Of a DNA stretch of 64,000 nucleotides, positions 28,297 through 37,304 are shown piece by piece. This DNA comes from a virus (Duplodnaviria; Caudoviricetes), in the IMG/VR virus record IMGVR_UViG_3300027747_002427; one strand, given 5' to 3'. Under the pieces are notes generated by a model, which had not been told where the DNA came from, did no database searches, and was given only the letters and a program-made list of their open reading frames with translations. Position 1 is the first letter of the stretch; each line of letters begins with the position of its first letter. Both the position numbers and the translations under genes were made by a program.

Positions 28297-29142
28297 TTAC
28301 TTTAAATCCCTACCTGCGTGAGTAACTGAGACTGCAATTGAAGAGTGAATAGACTCAAGGTGATTAACGATTACAAGGTAATCCTTAATACGACCATCTA
28401 AGTCCTTATCCAACTCAACTGCAACCTTACGAACCATATCTTCAACGAAGACTGGATTCTCATACATAAGCTCTGTCTGATAAGCCTCATCGACTCTCTT
28501 GAGAGCATTAACAATAGGTGCTGAACAGCTACGCTCAACTGCTGCTACAAGCTCTTCAAACCAATAAACGTCTTTACCTTCTGTACCAGTATGACTAAGC
28601 TCAACTGTTACATCTGCATAAGACTGCTGGTTATGAGCTCCATAATCACTGATCTCCTTAGAGCAAGGGCAGAGAGAAGCGTAAAGAACATTGGCATGAA
28701 GATAAAACTTCTTCTCACCATTGATAAGACGACCCTCAAAAGAACCCTGATAGTCCATGTGAGACTTGACCTTAGAGACTGGAGCCTCCTTCATCATGAA
28801 GTAATCAAACTTGATCTTGATGTAAGCGTTCTGTGATTTCAGACGATTCTTACACTCATCAAGAAGGATATCCATAACCTCATCAATACGATGAGTCTTA
28901 TTAGCGAGAACCTCCTCAACTAAGATACGATAGCGACTCATATTTGTACCCTTAACCTCTGGAGTGAGATCTGTGTACATACTAATGATTGCCTTAGTAG
29001 GGTTAATGGTTCCGTCTTGTCTAATGATCTCCATTGGAACTACAATATTCCTAGAACCAACTTTAGGAATATACTTCTTAGGGAAACCATCCAGAGTATT
29101 TTGAATATCTGGAATGTCGTCGTTTGTCTTTATTCTTGGCAT
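28297..29142 (-). CDS. folE2: GTP cyclohydrolase IB (FolE2)
   Basis: PDIQ, KVG, KGTNMSR, APVS, LCPCSKEISDYGAHNQ, KRVDE, NPVFVED.VR, ESIH; likely start MPRIK at 29142. Confidence 0.93.
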   Translation of the reverse strand: MPRIKTNDDIPDIQNTLDGFPKKYIPKVGSRNIVVPMEIIRQDGTINPTKAIISMYTDLTPEVKGTNMSRYRILVEEVLANKTHRIDEVMDILLDECKNRLKSQNAYIKIKFDYFMMKEAPVSKVKSHMDYQGSFEGRLINGEKKFYLHANVLYASLCPCSKEISDYGAHNQQSYADVTVELSHTGTEGKDVYWFEELVAAVERSCSAPIVNALKRVDEAYQTELMYENPVFVEDMVRKVAVELDKDLDGRIKDYLVIVNHLESIHSSIAVSVTHAGRDLK

Positions 29143-29170
29143 AATTTTATTTGTTTGTTGTTTAATTGAA

Positions 29171-30034
29171 TTACAGATCTTTGAGAATATCTTGGATACG
29201 ATCATTTTGATCTGATAGGACTTCGTTATTATCCTCTACAACCGAAGAAGATGCAACTGACTTTGTTGTCGTAGGAACAACATAACTCTCTTCTTCTTCA
29301 ACTGTGTTGGAAACTGGTGATACAATCTCTTCCTCACCAAGGAAGTGAGTCTTGAGGAGCTTGTTGATATCTTCAACACTCTTATGCTCCATGATGGAAT
29401 CAAGAGGTTTGAAAGACTTATAAATCTCTTCGATGTCTGAAGCACCCTCTAAAGGAGCTGGAGATGTAAACTTAGAACTTACATAGGTAGGATAACCACC
29501 TTCATTCTGCTCAACCTTAATACGAAGATTGCATCCCTTCTCTGAAAGATCAAAGATTCTTGATCCGAGATCCTCTGCATCATCACCACTGATAGCATCT
29601 GTGATGATCTTAGCAAGCTGCTTGCCATAACGGAGAATCTTAACTTGACCCTGATTCTCTGGATTAGTTGGATCTTTAATAACGTAAACATTGGCGAGCC
29701 AATTCTCATTACGCTTGATTGGAGCAATGCGCTTGATCTCAGCTTCATTGTTGGTGCGATAGATCTTAGAGCGATACTCATCGATTGGGCAACGCTCTCC
29801 GTATGTCGTAGGACAAAGAGTTGAGACGAGTTGGTTAGTAACCACACTCTTCCAGAGATGATGGTAGTAGTGATAAAGCGTACGCTCTGGTGCTTCGATG
29901 TTAGGAATAAGGCGAACCAAATAGGTATTGCCAATTTCCAATTTCATAAAGTCTCTGAAACCACTTTCTGCGGTTGAAGACTTCTTGTTAAGAGCCTCTT
30001 TGATAGACTCGAATAGGTTTGTGTTGTATTTCAT
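29171..30034 (-). CDS. gp32: Single-stranded DNA-binding protein (gp32-like)
   Basis: LVRLIP, YHH, CPTTYGERCPI, WLANVYVIKDP.NPENQGQV.ILRYGK, FDL..GCN, YVSSKF; acidic tail ending IQDILKDL. Confidence 0.93.
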   Translation of the reverse strand: MKYNTNLFESIKEALNKKSSTAESGFRDFMKLEIGNTYLVRLIPNIEAPERTLYHYYHHLWKSVVTNQLVSTLCPTTYGERCPIDEYRSKIYRTNNEAEIKRIAPIKRNENWLANVYVIKDPTNPENQGQVKILRYGKQLAKIITDAISGDDAEDLGSRIFDLSEKGCNLRIKVEQNEGGYPTYVSSKFTSPAPLEGASDIEEIYKSFKPLDSIMEHKSVEDINKLLKTHFLGEEEIVSPVSNTVEEEESYVVPTTTKSVASSSVVEDNNEVLSDQNDRIQDILKDL

Positions 30035-30070
30035 ATGTTTGTTTGTTTAGTTTGTATTTGTTTGTTTAAT
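30035..30070 (-). promoter_or_regulatory. G-free AAAC-repeat 5' leader of gp32 (candidate autogenous operator)
   Basis: Minus strand ATTAAACAAACAAATACAAACTAAACAAACAAACAT directly before ATG; upstream TTGAAA-N15-TATAAT (30097-30071). Confidence 0.55.
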
Positions 30071-30733
30071 ATTATATTGAGTCGAATGATTTTTCAACTC
30101 TTCTATAATAAAATTTTTGATTTTTTTTGTAGCTTCTTTTACAAAGCTTTTAGTTTTAGGAGAATTATGATATCTGGTTCTTATAGCATTTAAATTATTA
30201 AAAATGTTAGGCGCCCAAATAGCTTGTTCATCCTCGCTCATATTAGAAAGAGAAGATGTATTTCCTAGTTCCATTATACTATAAGGATTAATATTATGCT
30301 CCCTATAATGTTGTGTCCAGGCTGGCATTCTTCCAATTTTATATGTCAAGTATTGATCCAAGTTGATATTATTTGCAAGGCAGAATACAGCAATAAATCG
30401 AAGACTTTCTTTAATTTTATCAAATTGTTTTTCTGGTGACTGATCTTCTAATTGTTGATGATAGAGGCTATAAGCTCTAATAGCAGCTCTTGTTGTAAAG
30501 AATTTAAGAGGAGGACATTTCTCTTCTGGGTGTAATCCGCGAGGTGCACCAAAGAATTCATCCCATTTAATATGAGGAAATTTAGAGAAGAAGTTATACA
30601 TTCTTCTTAATAAGACAATATTTTCAGAAGTTATATCTGAAAAGTCTTTTCTCGGTTGATACGGCAAACCATTACGAAAATGTTTAAGAAAACAATTGTA
30701 AATGTCTTGCTCTACTTTATTCAGTTGGTTCAA
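30047..30733 (-). CDS. Hypothetical protein
   Basis: 228 aa between the helicase block and gp32; position compatible with a gp59-like loader, but no motif confirmed. Confidence 0.55.
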   Translation of the reverse strand: MNQLNKVEQDIYNCFLKHFRNGLPYQPRKDFSDITSENIVLLRRMYNFFSKFPHIKWDEFFGAPRGLHPEEKCPPLKFFTTRAAIRAYSLYHQQLEDQSPEKQFDKIKESLRFIAVFCLANNINLDQYLTYKIGRMPAWTQHYREHNINPYSIMELGNTSSLSNMSEDEQAIWAPNIFNNLNAIRTRYHNSPKTKSFVKEATKKIKNFIIEELKNHSTQYNIKQTNTN

Positions 30734-31034
30734 TGTCTTTCTTTTTTTTGTTGAGTTTGGATCGGAAAATCTTTTTATAGATATTAGGCGTACTTCCTAA
30801 ATAGGCACGCATAATATTTTGGAGACTATAATCACCTAATATTGCGAAGTATAATTTTTGTGTCTTTTTATCTTCTATTAAGAATTTAAGGAAATTCAAG
30901 TAATTAAATTTCTTGCCCCTAGCTATACAAACGAAAGAAGCAAATTTCATAGTAATATCTTCAAATTCAGAAAGGTCAAACACATCCGAAGGATTGCTTG
31001 TTTCTTCAATTTGTTGTGAAGAGGTTATAATCAT
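30717..31034 (-). CDS. Hypothetical protein
   Basis: 105 aa, overlaps both neighbours. Confidence 0.55.
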   Translation of the reverse strand: MIITSSQQIEETSNPSDVFDLSEFEDITMKFASFVCIARGKKFNYLNFLKFLIEDKKTQKLYFAILGDYSLQNIMRAYLGSTPNIYKKIFRSKLNKKKKDIEPTE

Positions 31035-31927
31035 AATGGTTTTAAATTTTTAGTAACTTCCATAAAGAGGGGAGTTATTTTACCACCAGCAGCATATTCA
31101 TGCCCTCCACCTTCACAAATTTTCTCAGCGAAAGCTCCTACATCAATAGGATCTTCTTTAGAACATTGTCTTATAGAAACTTTTTCAGTTTTAGTATTTA
31201 CAAAGAAAAATATATCTGGGGCATATTTTTGAATAAGAAGATCCATAACTTGTGGAACTATTCTTTCAACTAAACCGGCACATACTTTCTTTTTCTTATT
31301 ACCTATATTTATATCTCCCATGAAAATAGGAACCTTGTCTGCTTCTTGAGAAGCTTCTCTCTTTATAAAATCTACAGCTCTTTTTTGATCTAGAGTAATT
31401 TTTTTAAATCCATTACTATAATCTTTAATAAATTCAGAAAATTTATTGCGATATTGAGACCAGAAAAGAATATTTAAATCATAAGAATCTGGTATTTGAA
31501 GCTTATAAGAATCAAAATCATCTGCTAATGCTATAAGCATCTTTTGATCTTGAGTTAATTCTGGAGAAGATTCCATGAATAATTTTCTCATTAATAAAGC
31601 ATTAGACGAATATTCTTTATATAATACTTTAGCTTTTTTAAATTTGTTTACAAATCTTTCTGAAGACTTATGGTGATCTATAAAAGTAACATTTTCTTTA
31701 TCTAAAAAAGGTAAAAATTCATCTCTTAAAGCTAAATCTAAAACAAAAGTAGTAGGGTTATTGTGAGTATTAGCAAAATGTTCTTTAATTTTAGTTTCTA
31801 TTTCTAAGTTATTTAAAGGAAAATAATGAAATGTGGCATCTGGTCTAGCCCACATTAATGTTAGAAGACTTACAGCGCCGTCTAAATCATTGTGTGTAAA
31901 CACATGGTAACATTTTGACATATTCAT
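31031..31927 (-). CDS. DHH/DHHA1 family phosphoesterase
   Basis: HNDLDGA, VLD, IDHH, and C-terminal SIR...GGGHEYAAG. Confidence 0.9.
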   Translation of the reverse strand: MNMSKCYHVFTHNDLDGAVSLLTLMWARPDATFHYFPLNNLEIETKIKEHFANTHNNPTTFVLDLALRDEFLPFLDKENVTFIDHHKSSERFVNKFKKAKVLYKEYSSNALLMRKLFMESSPELTQDQKMLIALADDFDSYKLQIPDSYDLNILFWSQYRNKFSEFIKDYSNGFKKITLDQKRAVDFIKREASQEADKVPIFMGDINIGNKKKKVCAGLVERIVPQVMDLLIQKYAPDIFFFVNTKTEKVSIRQCSKEDPIDVGAFAEKICEGGGHEYAAGGKITPLFMEVTKNLKPL

Positions 31928-31951
31928 TATTTAATACCATGTTACTAACTA

Positions 31952-33340
31952 TCACCCCTCATCATCTAAATTCTCTATAAGATTGAGCGTATCAGCTATA
32001 CTTTGAATGCCAGTACTAATGGATCCAGGTATGGTTCTTCTTTGAGAATTAAAAGACTGAGCTACACTATCCGGATCTCTAAGCGTAAGAGTAGGATAAT
32101 CAATTTCTAATACTGTATGACATTCTCTCGGGCCAAAACGATTTTTTGTAATACCTAAATGAATAATACCTAATTCAAAATCTTCTTCTTCTGTCCAAAT
32201 AGAAAATTGAGCGTCTGCCGTATGAGCAAGTCCCATAGACTCTGATACGGTTTCTAATCCTGGATTATTCTGATCATAAGCTGATCTATTAGCCTGAGTA
32301 GCAGAAATTACTGGACATGAAAAGTGATAAGACAACGCTCTAATTAATTCTGTTATCTGTTTAATAGCTTCGTATGAATTGGTTCCTCTCTCTGGAGGGG
32401 CTACAAGATTAAGATAATCTAATACAATAGCATCTGGTTTCACGCCTTTCTTTACTAATCTATCCAAGTAAGCTTTAATCTGAATGGGTGTAACGGATTT
32501 AGGAGGAAACTCTTTAATAATAAGTTTCGCATCTTGATGTCTTAATTTATATGCATTGAGAGAATCTTTAAGAGGGTCTATCTGCATAGGTAAATCGTTC
32601 ATAGCTATGCGAGACAATGAAGAGCTAATACGTTTTGCATAAACTTGCTCTGCCATTTCCAAAGTGATTAGGACAACGGTTTTATTCTGACTAAGAATAT
32701 TTGTAGCTATGTTTCCTAAGAAGATAGATTTACCAACATTAGTAACACCATAAAATACATATAGTGCTCTACCTTCTGCCATAAAACCACCGCCAATCTT
32801 ATCATCCAACCATTTCCATCCTGATGGAATAGTTTTGAAAACCTTTTGAAGATCTTCACAATGCGCATCAACGGACTCTAGATAATCTAATCCGTAATTT
32901 TCTACTAAAGAAATACTACAAGCCTTTTCAAAGTCTTCTAGAATTTGAGAAGAATTAATTTGACCCGACTGAACATCAATAGATGTTTTAAGAACTGTAT
33001 TATATACAGCTTTCTCTTTAAGAAATCTTTCTGTATTCTTTAATAAGACTTCTTTATCGTAATTTTTATCAATATCACTGAAGCTTAAAGCTACATTTCT
33101 AAGAGCATCTCGTTTTTCCTGTTCTACAAGATGAACTTTAAGCTCTGTAATATTAGGAACTTTATTATAAGCTGTATAATAGGTTCCTAAAGCTTCAAAT
33201 ACTGTTCTAATATTTTTGTTTTCAAAATAAGAAGGCTTTGCATGTTCTATGATACTTTCCAAATAAATTGGATCCATCAAAGAATTGTAAATTACAATCT
33301 TTTCAAAAAGACTAGAATCAATAGGTAAAGCTTTAATCAC
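31952..33340 (-). CDS. gp41: Replicative DNA helicase (gp41/DnaB-like)
   Basis: GVTNVGKS Walker A, ITLEMAE, IIKEFPP, VLDYLNL, SATQANR, SESMG, KNRFG. Confidence 0.95.
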   Translation of the reverse strand: MIKALPIDSSLFEKIVIYNSLMDPIYLESIIEHAKPSYFENKNIRTVFEALGTYYTAYNKVPNITELKVHLVEQEKRDALRNVALSFSDIDKNYDKEVLLKNTERFLKEKAVYNTVLKTSIDVQSGQINSSQILEDFEKACSISLVENYGLDYLESVDAHCEDLQKVFKTIPSGWKWLDDKIGGGFMAEGRALYVFYGVTNVGKSIFLGNIATNILSQNKTVVLITLEMAEQVYAKRISSSLSRIAMNDLPMQIDPLKDSLNAYKLRHQDAKLIIKEFPPKSVTPIQIKAYLDRLVKKGVKPDAIVLDYLNLVAPPERGTNSYEAIKQITELIRALSYHFSCPVISATQANRSAYDQNNPGLETVSESMGLAHTADAQFSIWTEEEDFELGIIHLGITKNRFGPRECHTVLEIDYPTLTLRDPDSVAQSFNSQRRTIPGSISTGIQSIADTLNLIENLDDEG

Positions 33341-33346
33341 TCAAAT

Positions 33347-33374
33347 ATAATAGTTAAAAAAGAAAATAAAGCAA
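33347..33374 (-). promoter_or_regulatory. Sigma70-like promoter TTGCTT-N16-TATTAT
   Basis: -10 box ends 6 nt before the GTG start of the helicase. Confidence 0.6.
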
Positions 33375-33376
33375 TC

Positions 33377-33562
33377 TTATTTGCGACCCCAACTCGTATT
33401 ATCAAATAAACCTGAAAATCCGTTAGTAGGTTGATTACCTACTTGAGCGGGTCTCGGTACTGGAGGATTAATAATTTTTGCAATTTCTTGTATTTCTACA
33501 TCGTCTTGTAATCTGTGTGGAGGCAGATTGTTTAATATATCTTTTAGTTGTTGATATGTCAT
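33377..33562 (-). CDS. Small hypothetical protein
   Basis: 61 aa filling the gap between queD and the helicase promoter. Confidence 0.5.
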   Translation of the reverse strand: MTYQQLKDILNNLPPHRLQDDVEIQEIAKIINPPVPRPAQVGNQPTNGFSGLFDNTSWGRK

Positions 33563-33565
33563 AAA

Positions 33566-34081
33566 TTATACTCCCGGTCTTTTAGAAATAAGATTAGGAT
33601 TTCCTAATCCATTATAGGTAACAGATTGTACGGTTACTGGTTTTGGTTTTTCATAAAGAGCTGAATTATTTTCATGCTCAAATACTTCAACCTTTTCTAC
33701 CCAGCAACGATCACCATATACTGAATTAATATATTCTTGGGTTGTATTAAAACACCATTCTGCTGTTCTTTCAATACCAACACCCTTAGGCATGATACGA
33801 AGAACACAAGCACCTAATTGATCAAGTTCTTTAAACTTTTCCAAATGAGGATCATCTGCTGCAATACAAAGAGTATGATCAAATTGATCATTAAGAATTT
33901 TCTTAAGATCTTTAAGACCTCCAAAATCTACAACCCAATTCTTTTCATCTAATTCTTTACAACCAAACCAGAATTTAGCTTTGAGTTGATACCCGTGAAG
34001 ATATTGACAATGACTATGCTTTGCACCATATTGACGAAAAGCACAAGAACCTAATTCAATTATCTTTGTTGATGTATACAT
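33566..34081 (-). CDS. queD: 6-carboxy-5,6,7,8-tetrahydropterin synthase (QueD/PTPS)
   Basis: CAFRQ...SHCQYLHGY, WVVDFGGLK, FDH, E..AEW, FEHENNSA; start MYTSTK at 34081. Confidence 0.88.
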   Translation of the reverse strand: MYTSTKIIELGSCAFRQYGAKHSHCQYLHGYQLKAKFWFGCKELDEKNWVVDFGGLKDLKKILNDQFDHTLCIAADDPHLEKFKELDQLGACVLRIMPKGVGIERTAEWCFNTTQEYINSVYGDRCWVEKVEVFEHENNSALYEKPKPVTVQSVTYNGLGNPNLISKRPGV

Positions 34082-34082
34082 A

Positions 34083-35258
34083 TTAATTTTCTTCCTCTTC
34101 TGATTCAATTGAAGTATAAACTAATTCTGGCTTCTCTACAACAACTTCTTCTTCAATTAAAGAGTCATTATTGAAACAAAGTTTGGTCTTCAATTTCTCT
34201 TCTAATGCTGGAAGAATCTTGTTCCATACATTGATGTCTGTTTTCCAATCCTTAAAGAATCCTAAGACCTCACCATTAAAAGTATGACGATGTCCGGCTT
34301 TTTCAAGAACCTCATAACCTTCACACATCTCAAGTAATCCAGAATACTTGTTAAGACCAGTGCGGAAATTAAGATACATTTCTGTCTCAAGATAAGGAGG
34401 TACAAAACGATTCTTTGTAGTAAGGGCTCGAAGTGTTAAACCATTGATATCTTTTGATAAAGGTGTAACATCGGTGTTAGAATCCTTATTCTTACTATCA
34501 CTTGATCTCTCTGCTTTCTTAGCCATCTGAACGATAACCGAAGCCATATAAAGAGGGCCTGAACCACCAGCCTGCTTCTTAATAGCTGAAGGATGAAGCT
34601 GGGATGGATCTTCGTAAATATGATTAGTAAAGATAACTGGACAATTAGCTTTTGCAGCTGAATGGGTAATAGCTCTCATCATACTCTTCAAAGCCTTTGC
34701 TCTATTTCCCATGTCTGGTGTATCACTACCTTCATCGATCTTTTTCTTTTCTTGAGTAGTAATAAGATTACCTAGAGAGTCAATAACAATTAAAACCTTG
34801 CCGTGCAATTTATTTGCTATAACTGTATCAAGAAATTTAACAATTTGATTGCGACAAGACTCTGTAATCTCTGTAGGTATATGCTTAATCTTAGAAGGAT
34901 CACAACCAAGTCTAGCTGCTGTAGCTTCATCTAATGCTCCTTCTGTGTCGAAATATGCAATATGCATACCCTTCTTTTGAGCATTAGCCATAACCTTATT
35001 ACACATTAATGTCTTACCACAAGATTCTGGTCCAATAAATCCTGTAAGTCTTCCCATAGGGACACCACCATAGATAGAACCGGATATAATAGCATTTAAT
35101 GCCATTGATCCTGTATCGATCCAATCCTTAACCGTAGATAAACTATTTTCATCTAGATAAGCTGCTTCTGGATTTAAATCTTCTAAAATCTTAAAAGCGT
35201 CTTGAATAGATCCACTTGTTTCTTCTACTTCTTCTGTATTTTTCTTTTTGTATGCCAT
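34083..35258 (-). CDS. uvsX: RecA-like recombinase UvsX
   Basis: IDTGSMALN, GPESCGKT, YFDTEGA, IVIDSLG, NHIY, GGSG, KNRF; start MAYKK at 35258. Confidence 0.94.
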   Translation of the reverse strand: MAYKKKNTEEVEETSGSIQDAFKILEDLNPEAAYLDENSLSTVKDWIDTGSMALNAIISGSIYGGVPMGRLTGFIGPESCGKTLMCNKVMANAQKKGMHIAYFDTEGALDEATAARLGCDPSKIKHIPTEITESCRNQIVKFLDTVIANKLHGKVLIVIDSLGNLITTQEKKKIDEGSDTPDMGNRAKALKSMMRAITHSAAKANCPVIFTNHIYEDPSQLHPSAIKKQAGGSGPLYMASVIVQMAKKAERSSDSKNKDSNTDVTPLSKDINGLTLRALTTKNRFVPPYLETEMYLNFRTGLNKYSGLLEMCEGYEVLEKAGHRHTFNGEVLGFFKDWKTDINVWNKILPALEEKLKTKLCFNNDSLIEEEVVVEKPELVYTSIESEEEEN

Positions 35259-35265
35259 ATAAAAT

Positions 35266-35311
35266 ATTATAACAAAAAACCTCAGAAAGTCAATTGACAA
35301 TCTGAGGTTTT
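35266..35311 (-). promoter_or_regulatory. Overlapping terminator-like inverted repeat and uvsX promoter
   Basis: AAAACCTCAGA-N14-TCTGAGGTTTT followed by a T-tract on the minus strand; contains TTGACT-N16-TATAAT with extended TG, 7 nt before ATG. Confidence 0.7.
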
Positions 35312-35338
35312 CCTGGTTTCTTTTGATCAGATTACGAT

Positions 35339-35725
35339 TTACTCATCAAAAAGATTAATTACACTACTGTTAGTACCACCTGATGCTGGAGCGGATGGCG
35401 GGACAAAAACATTGCTCTTGTTGAACATCTGGCTATACTGAGCACTCAAGCGAAAATCAATAGCTTCAATGTCAGTTTCTGTGATACTATCCTTCTTATA
35501 AGAAAAGATAACGTCGCCAGTCTTGTCGGGCAAAAATTCTCTAAAAAAGATTGGAAGTAATTGAACTGACATTCTTCCGTTCTGATCTTGAGGAACTACG
35601 TTAAGAACAACTGGGTTCTTAAGTGCCAAGATTGTGTCGTTTGTCTTGTCTGCTACGACTTCACCTAAAATGGTGCGGCCTACAGTATCAAGGATGGTTG
35701 TTAGGGTTGTTGTTGTTTCGCTCAT
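35339..35725 (-). CDS. Hypothetical protein
   Basis: 128 aa; own TTGCCT-N16-TATAAT promoter (35761-35734), 8 nt before ATG. Confidence 0.65.
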   Translation of the reverse strand: MSETTTTLTTILDTVGRTILGEVVADKTNDTILALKNPVVLNVVPQDQNGRMSVQLLPIFFREFLPDKTGDVIFSYKKDSITETDIEAIDFRLSAQYSQMFNKSNVFVPPSAPASGGTNSSVINLFDE

Positions 35726-35734
35726 AAAAATATA

Positions 35735-36406
35735 TTATATCGAATCTTGCTCATTAGGCAACTCCGATTTCCAATTTAATGCTTCTGAAATATTAGGAAA
35801 TATTTCAACAAAAGTATCTTTAATAGCTAGAGCTATTTCTCGATGTTCCTTTTGTGTATCTTCTTTTGTTCTTAAATCAATATAATGTACCCAGCTTCTT
35901 ACATTACCACTCATATACATTGTAGTCTGAGTGCATTGAGGTAAAACCATTCTAGCACATTCCTTTGCTGCTCCCTTTTCTAAAAGATTTTCATAAAGAG
36001 TGGCTCCAGCTACAAGATATTGCTTTATAGCTTCTGTGCTTTCTTCATTTAAATCTAGAAGATCTGTACTTGATTGCCTATTCTTTTCGGCTTGTTTTCT
36101 GATTTCAAAAGATTCAAAGTCTGTAATATTGCTATATCTTTGACTAAACTCTTGGAAAGAAAAACTACGGTGCCTTAAAATTTGTGCTGCAATAGCTCTT
36201 GAAGTCTTAATTTCAAAAGTCATACTAACCATTTCAAAGGGACTCCAGTGTTTATGGTCTATTAAATATTTTAATAATTTAGGAGCTGTTTGTGTATTAG
36301 CTTGATTAGACGGATTAGACACCCGTGCACAATAACTAATAAAATCTTCTGGGGATAATATCCCCTCAATTACTGGTTCTGTGATGCTTACTATTTTTAC
36401 TTGCAT
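35735..36406 (-). CDS. thyX: Flavin-dependent thymidylate synthase
   Basis: ARVS, HWSPFE, RHRSFSFQEFSQRY (ThyX motif), ARMVLP, R...TQKEH. Confidence 0.96.
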   Translation of the reverse strand: MQVKIVSITEPVIEGILSPEDFISYCARVSNPSNQANTQTAPKLLKYLIDHKHWSPFEMVSMTFEIKTSRAIAAQILRHRSFSFQEFSQRYSNITDFESFEIRKQAEKNRQSSTDLLDLNEESTEAIKQYLVAGATLYENLLEKGAAKECARMVLPQCTQTTMYMSGNVRSWVHYIDLRTKEDTQKEHREIALAIKDTFVEIFPNISEALNWKSELPNEQDSI

Positions 36407-37266
36407 AAAATATTCTCCTTAAAGAAATTAATATTCTCTTCTACACATTCTAATTGCATATCTGATACTTTTTTGTCAAAAATATCTACCATTTTTTCTA
36501 CAATTTTATGTTCTAAATTAACTGCATATTCATAACTCTTAAGATTATAACCCATTAATACTGGATGAGATGTATCTATAGTCTCAATAAAAGAATAAAG
36601 ATCTCCTGTATAATTTATAAATTCTGTAGGTAATCCACAACCTAATAAATGATGGGATTTTGTATAATCTATAACCCCATCATCAATTAATTGTTTCAAT
36701 AGCTTGGGTCTAAATGTAGCAAATGCTGTTGGTTTCCATACTTCTTTAATTCTTTTTTCATTGTTTTTGGAATTATAAAGCAATGCTAAATCAAAATCAT
36801 TCTTTGCATTTTCTAAAGCTTGCTGCCAATAATAGTCATATCCAAAGCTAATTGCTATCTTATCTGCATGTTGTGACATGAATAAATAGGAATCTTTTAA
36901 TTCCTGGTAATTTTTTCCCTGGACAACTCCTATGCGTTTGCCTCTTGCAGAATGTGTATCAAATTTACCTAGGAACTCTTCAAAACTTTTAATATTGGCT
37001 TCATAATCTTGAAATACATCAGGAATTATATACTCATCTGGCTCTAATTGCAGAACCCAATTAAAAAATAACTCATGATTATAAGCTTCACCAAGCTCAT
37101 AAAGACTATTATCTAAAATAATTTTGCGTCCCATTTCTTTAGATTCAAAGAAAAAGTCTCTATATTCTTCACTTTCCTCTAGAAGATGAACTAAAGCATA
37201 GTCATAATCCGTTAAAGAACGGACTTCTTTCATTATTTGTAATGGTGCTTCGTGTGCTACTAACAT
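36397..37266 (-). CDS. TGT-fold (DpdA-like) guanine transglycosylase
   Basis: ILDNSLYE, IIPDV, IGVVQG, HHLLGCG, IDTSHP correspond in order to TGT/DpdA barrel motifs; folE2/queD/queE in the same arm. Confidence 0.7.
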   Translation of the reverse strand: MLVAHEAPLQIMKEVRSLTDYDYALVHLLEESEEYRDFFFESKEMGRKIILDNSLYELGEAYNHELFFNWVLQLEPDEYIIPDVFQDYEANIKSFEEFLGKFDTHSARGKRIGVVQGKNYQELKDSYLFMSQHADKIAISFGYDYYWQQALENAKNDFDLALLYNSKNNEKRIKEVWKPTAFATFRPKLLKQLIDDGVIDYTKSHHLLGCGLPTEFINYTGDLYSFIETIDTSHPVLMGYNLKSYEYAVNLEHKIVEKMVDIFDKKVSDMQLECVEENINFFKENILCK

Positions 37267-37276
37267 AATTTTGTAA

Positions 37277-37304
37277 ATTATATACTATAAACCTAACAAA
37301 TCAA
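37277..37304 (-). promoter_or_regulatory. Sigma70-like promoter TTGATT-N16-TATAAT
   Basis: 10 nt before the ATG of the TGT-fold gene. Confidence 0.55.

Noticed and set aside
26691-29934. ORFs 26691..27125, 27396..27674, 28591..28836, 29236..29445 and 29479..29934
   Set aside because: Antisense or alternate-frame shadows of gp45, folE2, gp32 and neighbours
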